Below, piece after piece: positions 16,806 through 25,931 of a DNA stretch of 64,000 nt; the stretch's first letter is position 1; each line of letters opens with the position of its first letter. The notes under the pieces are model-generated. The model saw only the letters and a list, made by a program, of their open reading frames with translations, did no database searches and was not told the DNA's origin. Source of the DNA: Marinicella sp. (GTDB lineage: Bacteria; Pseudomonadota; Gammaproteobacteria; Xanthomonadales; Marinicellaceae); assembly GCA_965230295.1 (NCBI GenBank), contig OZ246001.1, positions 2,688,001 through 2,752,000 of the forward strand. The letters run 5' to 3'. The translations under genes were made by a program, and so were the position numbers.

Positions 16806-17420
16806 ATGAACTGGTTGGCACACACTTTATTGTCTAAGCGAAACATAGATTACCAGCTGGGTAATGTGTTGGCCGATCCTTTAAAAGGCGTGCCTTGGGC
16901 GGGGTCCAGTCAGCCGCTTATTGAAGGCATGCAGATGCACAAAGCCATTGATAAATTCACAGATGGGCATATGCTTTTAAGAGCCAGCAAAAATAGATTA
17001 GGAAGAAAAGGGCTTCTCAAAGGGGTTGTTTTGGATTTGTTGTACGACCATTTCCTGTCAACTGAGTGGACAAATTACAGTGTGGTTTCACTGGACCAAT
17101 ACCTCTCGGATTTTAATGAAAACGCTTTAAATACCTTGAAAGATTTTCCAGATCGACCAAAAACAATTGTGGGCAGGATGGCTGAAACCAACTTGTTAGG
17201 TAAGTATCAGGATATGGATGGGTTCATTGCGGCTTTGGGACGCATCGATTTGCGCTTGTCGGCGCGTTTGCGATCAAGAGAAACAGCCAGTCAATTCCTG
17301 CCTGTGGTAGAACGGAACTACCAGGCATTGTTGCATGATTTCAACGAATTCTTTCCGCAACTGGTTGAACATTTCAAGCAGCATCGCTTGGGCAGTCAGG
17401 ATGATCATTATTTATTATGA
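16806..17420 (+). CDS. acpH: ACP phosphodiesterase (AcpH/YajB family)
   Basis: MNWLAH..LS, GN.LAD.LKG, H.AIDKFTD.H, LDLLYDHFL. Confidence 0.85.
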   Translation: MNWLAHTLLSKRNIDYQLGNVLADPLKGVPWAGSSQPLIEGMQMHKAIDKFTDGHMLLRASKNRLGRKGLLKGVVLDLLYDHFLSTEWTNYSVVSLDQYLSDFNENALNTLKDFPDRPKTIVGRMAETNLLGKYQDMDGFIAALGRIDLRLSARLRSRETASQFLPVVERNYQALLHDFNEFFPQLVEHFKQHRLGSQDDHYLL

Positions 17421-17904
17421 AGGAATGTTCTTGGGGCTTCATTCTGGTTCATGGTCTGACAGGTCTTCATATTTGCTGCGCAAATAAACCGACCTTTACA
17501 GACTATTGTCTGAGCAGTTGCTTCGCACTGCATGTCTGTTCCTGACAAAAGTGAAAGCGACCACGGCGAACATGACATACTACCTCGCACGCACTGCGGC
17601 ATTCAAATCGGGCTTCTTTATCTTCGATAAAACCGCCCAACTTTCATTGCCTGTGCTATAACGCCATTCACATAAGGCTTCTTGACTTTGTCAAATCACC
17701 ATATGCTCATTGGCTATTCTCTTCGCCTCTGATTGGCCTACATGGATGTAGGTCTGCCGCGATAGCAAGGAGCGATAGCGGCCGCAACATCAATAGCTCA
17801 CGGCTAATCAATCATTACATCAAGGCTTCTTTGCTTTGCAAAATCGCCATGATTGCATGATTTGCCTAACCGGCTCGGCGGGTCAAGCTGCTCAGCAGCT
17901 TTCC
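17417..17904. repeat. Highly structured non-coding dispersed repeat, copy 1 (488 bp)
   Basis: Near-identical to 33835-34405; dense hairpins; no credible ORF. Confidence 0.9.
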
Positions 17905-18136
17905 AAAGAATCGATCATCAAAAATGCCTTAAAGAAAAATCATATAAATTCTCATTGTCTTCACGCATTTCTCCCCTTATCGGTTTTGGGAGGCATCGGT
18001 TGAAGTTCACAGTGTGTCAGTGAATGAGTTACTCGGAAATGCAGGGGTTTTTGATCAACAACCAGTCCGGGGATAAGATACTGTGCACAATCATGCATGG
18101 AATGGTGTCACATTAAAAGTAGATTTTCGTTAACGA

Positions 18137-18161
18137 ATTGCCGGCGAAGGCCGGCATCCAG
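18137..18161. repeat. Short palindromic element of dRS3/RPE-4 type (ATTGCCGGCGAAGGCCGGCATCCAG)
   Basis: TGCCGGC-GAAG-GCCGGCA followed by TCCA; translates as 'PAKAGIQ'; lies just downstream of pip. Confidence 0.6.
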
Positions 18162-18178
18162 CGTCTTAAAATCAATGT

Positions 18179-19141
18179 TTATCGATCAGCAAAACGATCG
18201 GTGGCTTTGACCAATTCGCTGGCGATGGCTGGTTCAAAAGCCGAGTGCCCTGCATCAGGCACTACTGTCAGTTCGGCTTCTGGAAACGCCGCGTATAAAT
18301 CAAATGCCGTTTGCATGGGGCAGACCACATCGTAACGACCCTGGATGATGACCGTCGGGATGTGTCTGATTTTGTCCACCTCATCCAATAATTGACTTTC
18401 ATGGGAGAAAAAACCACGGTTCATAAAATAATGATTTTCGATTCTGGAGAAGGCCAGGGCAAATTCAGCATCAGCAGTTTCTTCAATGTGTTTTAAATCA
18501 GGATATAAATGACACGTAGAACCCTCCCAAACTGACCACCGCTCGGCAGCAGCCAGGCGCACCGCTTCATCATCAGACAACAAACGATTTTGGTAAGCGG
18601 CCATCATGTCATGGCGCTCATCTTCTGGAATGTGTTCATAGTATGGCTGCCAGGCGTCAGGAAAGATGCGGCTGGCGCCTTCCTGATAAAACCATTGCAG
18701 CTCTTGTTGGCGTAACAGAAAAATGCCCCTGAGTACCAGTTCGGTGACACGATTTGGGTGTTTTTCCGCATAAGCCAATGCCAAGGTGCTGCCCCAGGAA
18801 CCACCAAAAACCTGCCAGCGATCAATATTCAGCATCTCGCGAATGGTTTCCATGTCTTCGATCAAATCCCAAGTAGTGTTTTCCTCTAAGCAGGCATGGG
18901 GCGTGCTCTTGCCACAGCCTCTTTGATCAAACTGGATGATGTGGTATTTTTGCGGATTGAAAAAGCGCCTGGTTTCGGCTGACGTTCCGCCGCCTGGACC
19001 ACCATGGACAAACACCACGGGTTTGCCCTCAGGGTTTCCACAACTTTCCCAGTAGACTTGGTGTAGCTGTGAAACTTGTAGCATGCCAGACTGGACGACA
19101 GAAGCTGCTGAGTACAACGGAATTAATTCAGTTTGTTTCAT
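18179..19141 (-). CDS. pip: Prolyl aminopeptidase (proline iminopeptidase)
   Basis: HGGPGGG, FDQRGCGKSTP, VFGGSWGSTL, QGRYD, AGHS. Confidence 0.95.
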   Translation of the reverse strand: MKQTELIPLYSAASVVQSGMLQVSQLHQVYWESCGNPEGKPVVFVHGGPGGGTSAETRRFFNPQKYHIIQFDQRGCGKSTPHACLEENTTWDLIEDMETIREMLNIDRWQVFGGSWGSTLALAYAEKHPNRVTELVLRGIFLLRQQELQWFYQEGASRIFPDAWQPYYEHIPEDERHDMMAAYQNRLLSDDEAVRLAAAERWSVWEGSTCHLYPDLKHIEETADAEFALAFSRIENHYFMNRGFFSHESQLLDEVDKIRHIPTVIIQGRYDVVCPMQTAFDLYAAFPEAELTVVPDAGHSAFEPAIASELVKATDRFADR

Positions 19142-20445
19142 TCAAAATCATCCTCAAATATCAAGTCGGGCAAGCGGTATTCAATGGTTAAAACAGGCCT
19201 GACATTGGCATTGCTGTTGTCGGCACTGCCCATCCCGCGAGCATTGCCTATATTATTTTCATCACCCAATATGATCCAGCCATGATTATCAGTCGGGTTT
19301 TGCACCCAAGTGGTGACATCCGCTATCAAACCATTACTGCTGGCAAAGGTCAGGTTGACATCGGAAACTAAATAACTGGTAGATGCCGAAGGAGAGCCCA
19401 TAAAGTCACCTCCTGCTGTGGACCAATTATCGGTGTCAAACATGCGGTGTATCCAGGTCGCATCACCGGCTTGAGAAGGGGCGCCGTTGCCACCCCCACC
19501 TGCACCAACAGAAGCAGCTGCACCCCATTCAGCAGTCACAAAATGTAGGTCTGCGGTACCATTGACGGCCGATCCAGGTAAGTTGATGATGGTCATGTCC
19601 AGCTCAACACTTTGAACCTCCGCATCGGTTGGAATGTCAGAAACATCAAATTCAAGCACGGCACGGCGAATCGTGTTTTGGGCGTTCTTACCCATATAAA
19701 TTCGTTCGCCGGCACCGTTTGAAGTGCTGCCATCCACGGTTTCATAGAGGGTGTTGTCTTTGCTGGGAGTTAATTGGACCGTAATTGGGGGAGTAAAATC
19801 AATGATCAACTCAGGTTGATCGGTAGCATTTTCCCGACTGGCAAATTGATAAGCGCTGGGGGTGGTGAATTCATCACCAATGATGATCAGGCCAAAGTTA
19901 TTGGAAGGTGTGTCAACCCAACCTTGCACCAATGCCGTGAGGGCCGATGAATTGAAACTCAAAGTTTCCAAACCTGTGATGTTGTCAGAAGCCAAGCTCA
20001 CAGGATCAAAATCGCCACCGGCTAAATTCCATGGGGCACCATCATGAAAGGCATTGGTCCAGGTGGCATCACCGGTTTCAGCCGCTGCTCCCCCACCTTC
20101 TTGACCTGGTGCATCAGATCCGGCCTCTCCCCAGTCAGCCAACATGGCATGAACGTTTAAGGTACTGGAAGCTGCTATGGTTCTGGTGGCAGTCACTTCG
20201 AATGTCACCCCGTTGATGCTGCTGCCAGAGGGGATCATACTTAAGTCAAATTGCAGCAATGCGCGTCTCGTATCATTGTTTCCCTGAACGGTTCTGCCAG
20301 CGAAAATATATTCACCTGCCCCATTGCTCAGTGCTTGGGTGTTGGTTTCGTATAAGGTGTTGTCTTTACTGGGGTTGATGGTGATGATATCCGCTTGCGC
20401 TATACCAAACACAAAGCACAGAGTGGCGGTCAAATATTTGGTCAT
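19138..20445 (-). CDS. Secreted protein with two DNRLRE-like domains and C-terminal DLIFEDDFE tail
   Basis: Signal peptide; duplicated SKDNTLYE...SNGAGE...RRALLQFD...ATW...NxG.II.G.E...P.L.I.Y units. Confidence 0.75.
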   Translation of the reverse strand: MTKYLTATLCFVFGIAQADIITINPSKDNTLYETNTQALSNGAGEYIFAGRTVQGNNDTRRALLQFDLSMIPSGSSINGVTFEVTATRTIAASSTLNVHAMLADWGEAGSDAPGQEGGGAAAETGDATWTNAFHDGAPWNLAGGDFDPVSLASDNITGLETLSFNSSALTALVQGWVDTPSNNFGLIIIGDEFTTPSAYQFASRENATDQPELIIDFTPPITVQLTPSKDNTLYETVDGSTSNGAGERIYMGKNAQNTIRRAVLEFDVSDIPTDAEVQSVELDMTIINLPGSAVNGTADLHFVTAEWGAAASVGAGGGGNGAPSQAGDATWIHRMFDTDNWSTAGGDFMGSPSASTSYLVSDVNLTFASSNGLIADVTTWVQNPTDNHGWIILGDENNIGNARGMGSADNSNANVRPVLTIEYRLPDLIFEDDFE

Positions 20446-20621
20446 GGGTAACTCCGGTTTTATTCATGGTTAATGACAATAAATTATAGATGATTCTGCA
20501 TGTAAGAACAGTACATGAATCACAAAATAGATACTCAGGTCGCCAATAATAATCAGGTCAGTATGGTTTAGCTTTACAGGCAGTTCAGTTACAATCAATG
20601 GGGTTCAATTCAGAGCGGGAT

Positions 20622-21818
20622 ATGGCAAAAAAAATAGCATTGGGTCCAGCCACATTGGTTGCCGCGGCCTTCATAGGGCCAGGAACAGTGACCACTTGTA
20701 CGCTGGCGGGGGCGAACTTTGGCTATGCCTTGATTTGGGCTTTGGTATTTTCAATGGTGGCTTGCATGCTGCTACAGGAAATGTCAGCCCGCTTAGGTGT
20801 AGTAACCCAACAGGGTTTGGGTGAAATATTGAACAAGCAATTCCACCATCCGGCCGCCAAAACGGTGGTGTTTGCGCTGGTTTCCGTGGCCATTTTTATT
20901 GGCAATGGTGCTTATGAGGGTGGCAACATTGCTGGTGCGGCATTGGGGCTGGATGCTCTTTTGCCGGCGTTGAACTTTCCTTGGCCATTGTTTATTGTGG
21001 CGGTGGCTTTTGTGCTGCTGTTTCAAGGCAGTTATCGTTTCATTGAAAAAGCATTGATTGTTTTGGTGATCTTGATGAGTTTGGCATTCATCACCACTTT
21101 CATCATGACCAAACCCGATTTCAGTGCTTTGTTCAGTGGTTTGGTGCCTCAGGTACCTGAAGGCGCGTGGTTGACTGTGATTGCGTTGGTGGGCACTACG
21201 GTGGTGCCTTACAATTTATTCTTGCACGCCTCTGCCGTGAAAAATAAATGGCATGATCCTGAAGATTTGCCTCAAGTCAGAAAGGACACGGTCATATCCA
21301 TAGGCGTGGGTGGCTTGATCTCATTGGCCATCATTTCCACCGCAGCCGCGGCATTTTTTGGTCAGCAAATTGCCATTAATTCAGCGGCAGACATGTCAGT
21401 ACAACTGGAACCCTTGTTGGGAACATGGGCCTCCTTGTGTATGGGGGTGGGGTTATTTGCAGCTGGTATCTCATCAGCCATCACCGCACCTTTGGCAGCA
21501 GCTTACGCATTGGCTGGTATGTTGGGTTGGCCCACCGAGGGGAAGGACATCAGGTTTAAGTTGGCATGGATGCTGGTGTTATTCAGTGGTTTGATTCTTG
21601 CCATGTCGGAGTATAAGCCCATCACCATCATATGGTTTGCGCAAATAGCCAATGGAATCCTGCTGCCATTATTGGCGGTGTTTTTGTTGTATGTGATGAA
21701 CCAAACCAACCTTTTGGGTCGTTATAAAAATTCTTGGGTACACAATATGCTCGGTGTGGTTGTGATCCTGGTCACCCTCTTTTTGGGGGCCAAGTCTCTG
21801 TATTTTGCCTTACAATGA
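20622..21818 (+). CDS. NRAMP-family (YcsG-like) transporter
   Basis: AAAFIGPGTVTT, QEMSARLG, GTTVVPYNLFLH; overlaps pxpA start. Confidence 0.9.
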   Translation: MAKKIALGPATLVAAAFIGPGTVTTCTLAGANFGYALIWALVFSMVACMLLQEMSARLGVVTQQGLGEILNKQFHHPAAKTVVFALVSVAIFIGNGAYEGGNIAGAALGLDALLPALNFPWPLFIVAVAFVLLFQGSYRFIEKALIVLVILMSLAFITTFIMTKPDFSALFSGLVPQVPEGAWLTVIALVGTTVVPYNLFLHASAVKNKWHDPEDLPQVRKDTVISIGVGGLISLAIISTAAAAFFGQQIAINSAADMSVQLEPLLGTWASLCMGVGLFAAGISSAITAPLAAAYALAGMLGWPTEGKDIRFKLAWMLVLFSGLILAMSEYKPITIIWFAQIANGILLPLLAVFLLYVMNQTNLLGRYKNSWVHNMLGVVVILVTLFLGAKSLYFALQ

Positions 21819-22588
21819 TTCGTACCATCGATTTGAATTGTGACTTGGGTGAATATGATCTCTTAGAGGATGGTGGTCAAGATGCTGCGATCATGCCATT
21901 CATCAGTTCGTGTAATGTGGCTTGTGGTCAACATGCTGGTAATGCTGCAGTGATAGCGCACACTGTCAAATTGGCCATGGCCAATCAAGTCAATGTGGGA
22001 GCCCATCCATCATACCCAGACCGAGCCAACTTTGGGCGGACAGTGATGGGTATGTCAGAAGTTGATTTACAGAACACATTTTTGGAACAGATCACGGTGG
22101 TTCATGAAGCAGTCAATCGCCAAAATGGCTGTCTGACCCATGTCAAACCTCATGGGGCATTGTATAACCAAGCCGCCCGGGACAAGGACTTGTCATTGAT
22201 GTTGATAGAGACCGCGAAGCGTTTTGATACCAATTTGATGTTTTATGGTCTGGCTCATTCAGCAACAGCTTTGGCTGCTGAACAGCTGGGTGTGAAATTT
22301 GTGGCTGAAGGGTTCGCAGATCGAGGCTATACGATGGACAAAACCTTACAACCAAGAACTGAGCCAGGTGCATTGATCACCAACCCAATAGACATGTTAC
22401 AAAGGGTTCTTACCATGATGCGAACGGGTCAGATTGAAGCGGTTAATGGAGAAAGCATCCAATTATGCATCGAAAGTTTGTGTATCCACGGTGATCACAA
22501 CAATGCGGTGCAGACCGCACAAGTTCTGAATCAGGGGTTGCTTGATGCCGGCTTTAGGCTGCGGCCACCCAATCAGCTGGGTGGTTGA
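21815..22588 (+). CDS. pxpA: 5-oxoprolinase subunit A (LamB/YcsF)
   Basis: IDLNCDLGE, GAHPSYPDRANFGR, HVKPHGALYN, EGFADRGY, LCIHGD. Confidence 0.95.
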   Translation: MIRTIDLNCDLGEYDLLEDGGQDAAIMPFISSCNVACGQHAGNAAVIAHTVKLAMANQVNVGAHPSYPDRANFGRTVMGMSEVDLQNTFLEQITVVHEAVNRQNGCLTHVKPHGALYNQAARDKDLSLMLIETAKRFDTNLMFYGLAHSATALAAEQLGVKFVAEGFADRGYTMDKTLQPRTEPGALITNPIDMLQRVLTMMRTGQIEAVNGESIQLCIESLCIHGDHNNAVQTAQVLNQGLLDAGFRLRPPNQLGG

Positions 22589-23280
22589 ACGTGGTTGATC
22601 TGAGCATTGAATTCATTTTGGCCAATGGTGACAGTGCCTTGTTGGTGAAGTTTAATGGCACGAAGAACCGACTGGTTGGTATTCATGCTTTGTGTGAAAA
22701 TTTACTTGATAGGCCACAAGGCGGTTTAATTAATGTGATTCCAGCCAGTGATAGCCTGACCTTGGTGTTCTCTGGTTCAGCACCTGACTGCGGCGATGTG
22801 CGCCAGGATTTGGAAAACCGTTGTCGGCAGTTAAGCCATCATAAAATTGTCAGTAAAATTCATGAGATTCCTGTCTGTTATGATCCTGAGTTGGCAGCAG
22901 ACATAACTGCAGTGGCTGATTCATTGTCAGTGACCATTGAGCAAGTCATCGAATGGCACACCCGGCCACAGTATGTGGTTGCGATGCTGGGTTTTTTGCC
23001 CGGTTTTGCTTATTTGAATGGCAATCACGAAAAATTAGTGACCAGCAGGAAAGCCACACCTGCTGTCAGTGTACCACCTGGCAGCATAGCCGTGGCTGGA
23101 CGCCAAACAGGTATTTATGCATTGAACAGTCCTGGAGGATGGCAGGTGATAGGGCGTACCTATTTGGACATGATAGATTGGCACAATGAGCCACATCCCA
23201 TGCGGCTCAAACCCTTGGACCGGGTGAGTTTCAAAGCCATCAGTTTAGATGCATTTAAATCTTTAGGTATGAAGCCATGA
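22585..23280 (+). CDS. pxpB: 5-oxoprolinase subunit B
   Basis: GDSALLV, EIPVCYD, LGFLPGFAYL, SPGGWQVIGRT. Confidence 0.9.
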   Translation: MNVVDLSIEFILANGDSALLVKFNGTKNRLVGIHALCENLLDRPQGGLINVIPASDSLTLVFSGSAPDCGDVRQDLENRCRQLSHHKIVSKIHEIPVCYDPELAADITAVADSLSVTIEQVIEWHTRPQYVVAMLGFLPGFAYLNGNHEKLVTSRKATPAVSVPPGSIAVAGRQTGIYALNSPGGWQVIGRTYLDMIDWHNEPHPMRLKPLDRVSFKAISLDAFKSLGMKP

Positions 23281-24143
23281 AATTCAGCATCACCCAACCA
23301 GGTTCGTTCACCACTGTACAAGATGGGGGCCGGTATGGTTTGGCACATCTGGGTGTACCCGTATCTGGTTTCATGGATAGGCAGGCAGCTCACATGGCCA
23401 ATCGCATACTGGGTAACCCATTGAATGAAGGGGTTTTGGAAGTGACCTGGGTTGGCATTGGTTTTACCACTGACACCAATTGTTCGATCGCTGTAGCTGG
23501 TGCTCGATTTGAATGTGAGGTTAATCATGAACCGGTGGATGCGGGTCAGGTGATTCAACTGCAGGCAGGAGATGAATTTAAAATGGGTCAGCTGTTGGTG
23601 GGGGTCAGGGCTTATGTGGCGGTGGCTGGAGGATTTGACATCCCATTGGTTGGTGGCAGTGTCAGCACATTAACCGTGGCTCAGATGGGTGGTGTTGAAG
23701 GCAGGGCTTTGCAAACAGGAGACCAATTGCCGCTTGCCACAGGAGGTTGTGTCGAACCAAGGCGCTTTCCAGATTGGCAACTGCTTAAAGCGCGGACGAT
23801 GCATGTGATCAGGGCCATGCCAGGGCCAGAAATCAACTGCTTCAGTCCTGCCACAGTTCAACAGGCATTTGGACAAGCCTATCAAGCCACCAAAGACTGC
23901 AGTCGTCAAGGCTTTCGTTTGCATTCTGACCCCATTGAATTCCCCAAAGGTTTACACATGGTGAGTTCAGGACTGGTGCCAGGCAGCTTGCAAGTCACGC
24001 CAGATGGCCAGACCATCCTGGCCATGCATGATGCACAAACCACGGGTGGTTACCCCAGGATGTTGGTGGTTAATCAGGGTGAACTGCATAAATTGGCCCA
24101 AGTCAGGCCAGGGGAAGACATCTATTTCTTCCGTTCAGGATAA
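23277..24143 (+). CDS. pxpC: 5-oxoprolinase subunit C
   Basis: TTVQDGGR, G.MD...AN..LGN, GSLQV, DAQTTGGYP. Confidence 0.9.
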   Translation: MKFSITQPGSFTTVQDGGRYGLAHLGVPVSGFMDRQAAHMANRILGNPLNEGVLEVTWVGIGFTTDTNCSIAVAGARFECEVNHEPVDAGQVIQLQAGDEFKMGQLLVGVRAYVAVAGGFDIPLVGGSVSTLTVAQMGGVEGRALQTGDQLPLATGGCVEPRRFPDWQLLKARTMHVIRAMPGPEINCFSPATVQQAFGQAYQATKDCSRQGFRLHSDPIEFPKGLHMVSSGLVPGSLQVTPDGQTILAMHDAQTTGGYPRMLVVNQGELHKLAQVRPGEDIYFFRSG

Positions 24144-24147
24144 GGAA

Positions 24148-25209
24148 TCAGTCGATCAATAGCTCGGCCAATCTAGAAGCCGCACGCTCAAATTCAAAAG
24201 CCATTTTTTCACCTTGGTAAATCATTTTGTAATGGCATTGTGCTTCGGCAACGATCTTAACTTCATGTTCATACATCACATCAATGAGGGTGATGAAACG
24301 CCTGGCTGCACTGTCATCCAAGGCGGTCATCTGAGGCACCTCGCTGATCACCAAAGTGTTGATTCGTTGGGCCAACTCAATGTAATCTGAAGCGTGTCGA
24401 GCTGCTTGGCACAAATCGCTGAATCCACACCACAATGTATTGTTGGCGTAGCCAATCACATTCAGTGCTCGATCATTGATGTGCCAGGTGGTGTTCTCAA
24501 CAGGGTGGAAATTTGTCAGCTTGGCAAAGCAGTCTTTCAAATGCAATTGGCTGGATTGATTGATCGGAAAGTACCAATGTTCATGCTGTTGGTCATCATC
24601 TTGTTGGCGGTAGTCCTGATCTCCGTCCAAATGCATGACTTGCATGTAAGCGTTGATCCAATCGATGGCAGGAATAAACTTGGCCCGTTGTAAGCCATCT
24701 CGATACAAGTCATCTGGTTTCACATTGGATGTGGTGACCAGCGCAATGCCATATTGGCTGAAGGCCTCTAACATGCCTGCCAACAGCATGGCATTGGCAA
24801 TGTCATTGACTAAGAACTCATCCAGACACAAGATCTTGGTTTGCGCAGACAGGCGTTTGCAGATCAAGTTCAGTGGATTTTTGACGTCATTCAAAGAACG
24901 CAATTCATGGTGTAGCCACAACATGAATTCATGATAATGCTGTCGTTGTTTTCCAATTATTTCAGGCAAACTGTCATAGAACAAATCCATCAGGTGGGTT
25001 TTACCTCGACCTACTGAGCCATAAATGTAAATGCCTTGAGGTGCAGCGGGTTGTTTTTGAAAGAACCAGCGCTTGTTGCCTTTGGTTTCCTGATGAATCA
25101 AGTCATGATACAACCGGTCAAATTCGGCCACTACGTTGGCTTGCAATTCATCCCGCCAAATGATGCCGGATTCTATTTCATCCAAGTATTTTTTTTGTGG
25201 ACCTGACAC
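24148..25209 (-). CDS. zapE: AFG1/ZapE-family ATPase
   Basis: GIYIYGSVGRGKT.LMD.F, LCLDEF, TTSN..PD.LY.DGLQR, ARRFITLID. Confidence 0.9.
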   Translation of the reverse strand: MSGPQKKYLDEIESGIIWRDELQANVVAEFDRLYHDLIHQETKGNKRWFFQKQPAAPQGIYIYGSVGRGKTHLMDLFYDSLPEIIGKQRQHYHEFMLWLHHELRSLNDVKNPLNLICKRLSAQTKILCLDEFLVNDIANAMLLAGMLEAFSQYGIALVTTSNVKPDDLYRDGLQRAKFIPAIDWINAYMQVMHLDGDQDYRQQDDDQQHEHWYFPINQSSQLHLKDCFAKLTNFHPVENTTWHINDRALNVIGYANNTLWCGFSDLCQAARHASDYIELAQRINTLVISEVPQMTALDDSAARRFITLIDVMYEHEVKIVAEAQCHYKMIYQGEKMAFEFERAASRLAELLID

Positions 25210-25214
25210 CAGAA

Positions 25215-25880
25215 TCAGTCGGTGTTAACTTGACGCAAGATGCCATTCTTGATGGCGCCTTTGAGGTCTAACAAACGACGGTGGAAAAAGTGGCCGGCTT
25301 TCATGGTCACTAATTGCGGTTTGGGGTTCTGTTGTTCTACATACTCATAAACAGCGCGTGGACTGACCACGTCATCTTCATCACCTTGTACAACCAACCA
25401 GGGGCATTCAGGCGGATCCAACTCTGTGTAATCATACCGTTCAACCGGTGGTGCTACAGTGATGAATTGTTCTGGGTTGATTTGGTGTACCGCACGCAGT
25501 GCCACATAAGAACCGAAAGAAAATCCAGCCAACCAGAATTTGCAATGTGGCATGGTGGTTTTGGTCCATTCATAAACCGCCATCAAGTCTTCGGTTTCAC
25601 CCACGCCATCATCAAACACACCATCTGATTCACCCACGCCACGAAAATTAAACCGTACGGTGTGGGCCCCCATGTCTCGAAATGCTTTTTCCAACATGTG
25701 GGTGACTTTGTTGCGCATGGTTCCGCCATACAAAGGATGCGGATGGCAGATCAAGGCCATGCGATTTTTATCCACTGCATCGGCTTCCGGAGGAGCTGTT
25801 AAACATTCAATTTGGCCAGCAGGTCCGGGGATCATGATAACGGTAGATTCCTTGGGGAATTCTGTGGGTGCTTCTGACAT
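25215..25880 (-). CDS. Alpha/beta-fold hydrolase
   Basis: CHPHPLYGGTM.NKV, RFNFRGVG.S, GFSFG, QGDEDDVV, AGHFF. Confidence 0.9.
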   Translation of the reverse strand: MSEAPTEFPKESTVIMIPGPAGQIECLTAPPEADAVDKNRMALICHPHPLYGGTMRNKVTHMLEKAFRDMGAHTVRFNFRGVGESDGVFDDGVGETEDLMAVYEWTKTTMPHCKFWLAGFSFGSYVALRAVHQINPEQFITVAPPVERYDYTELDPPECPWLVVQGDEDDVVSPRAVYEYVEQQNPKPQLVTMKAGHFFHRRLLDLKGAIKNGILRQVNTD

Positions 25881-25931
25881 GATTTAATGGTGTTTGAAAG
25901 GGGGCATTATAACACCCCAATTGACAGAGTT

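Noticed and set aside
17905-18120. Possible gene remnant beside the element
   Set aside because: The minus-strand frames I translated give only short peptides with no family motif I recognise.
20622-24143. NRAMP-pxpABC cluster as a novel system
   Set aside because: Known 5-oxoprolinase arrangement (as in Bacillus ycsFG).
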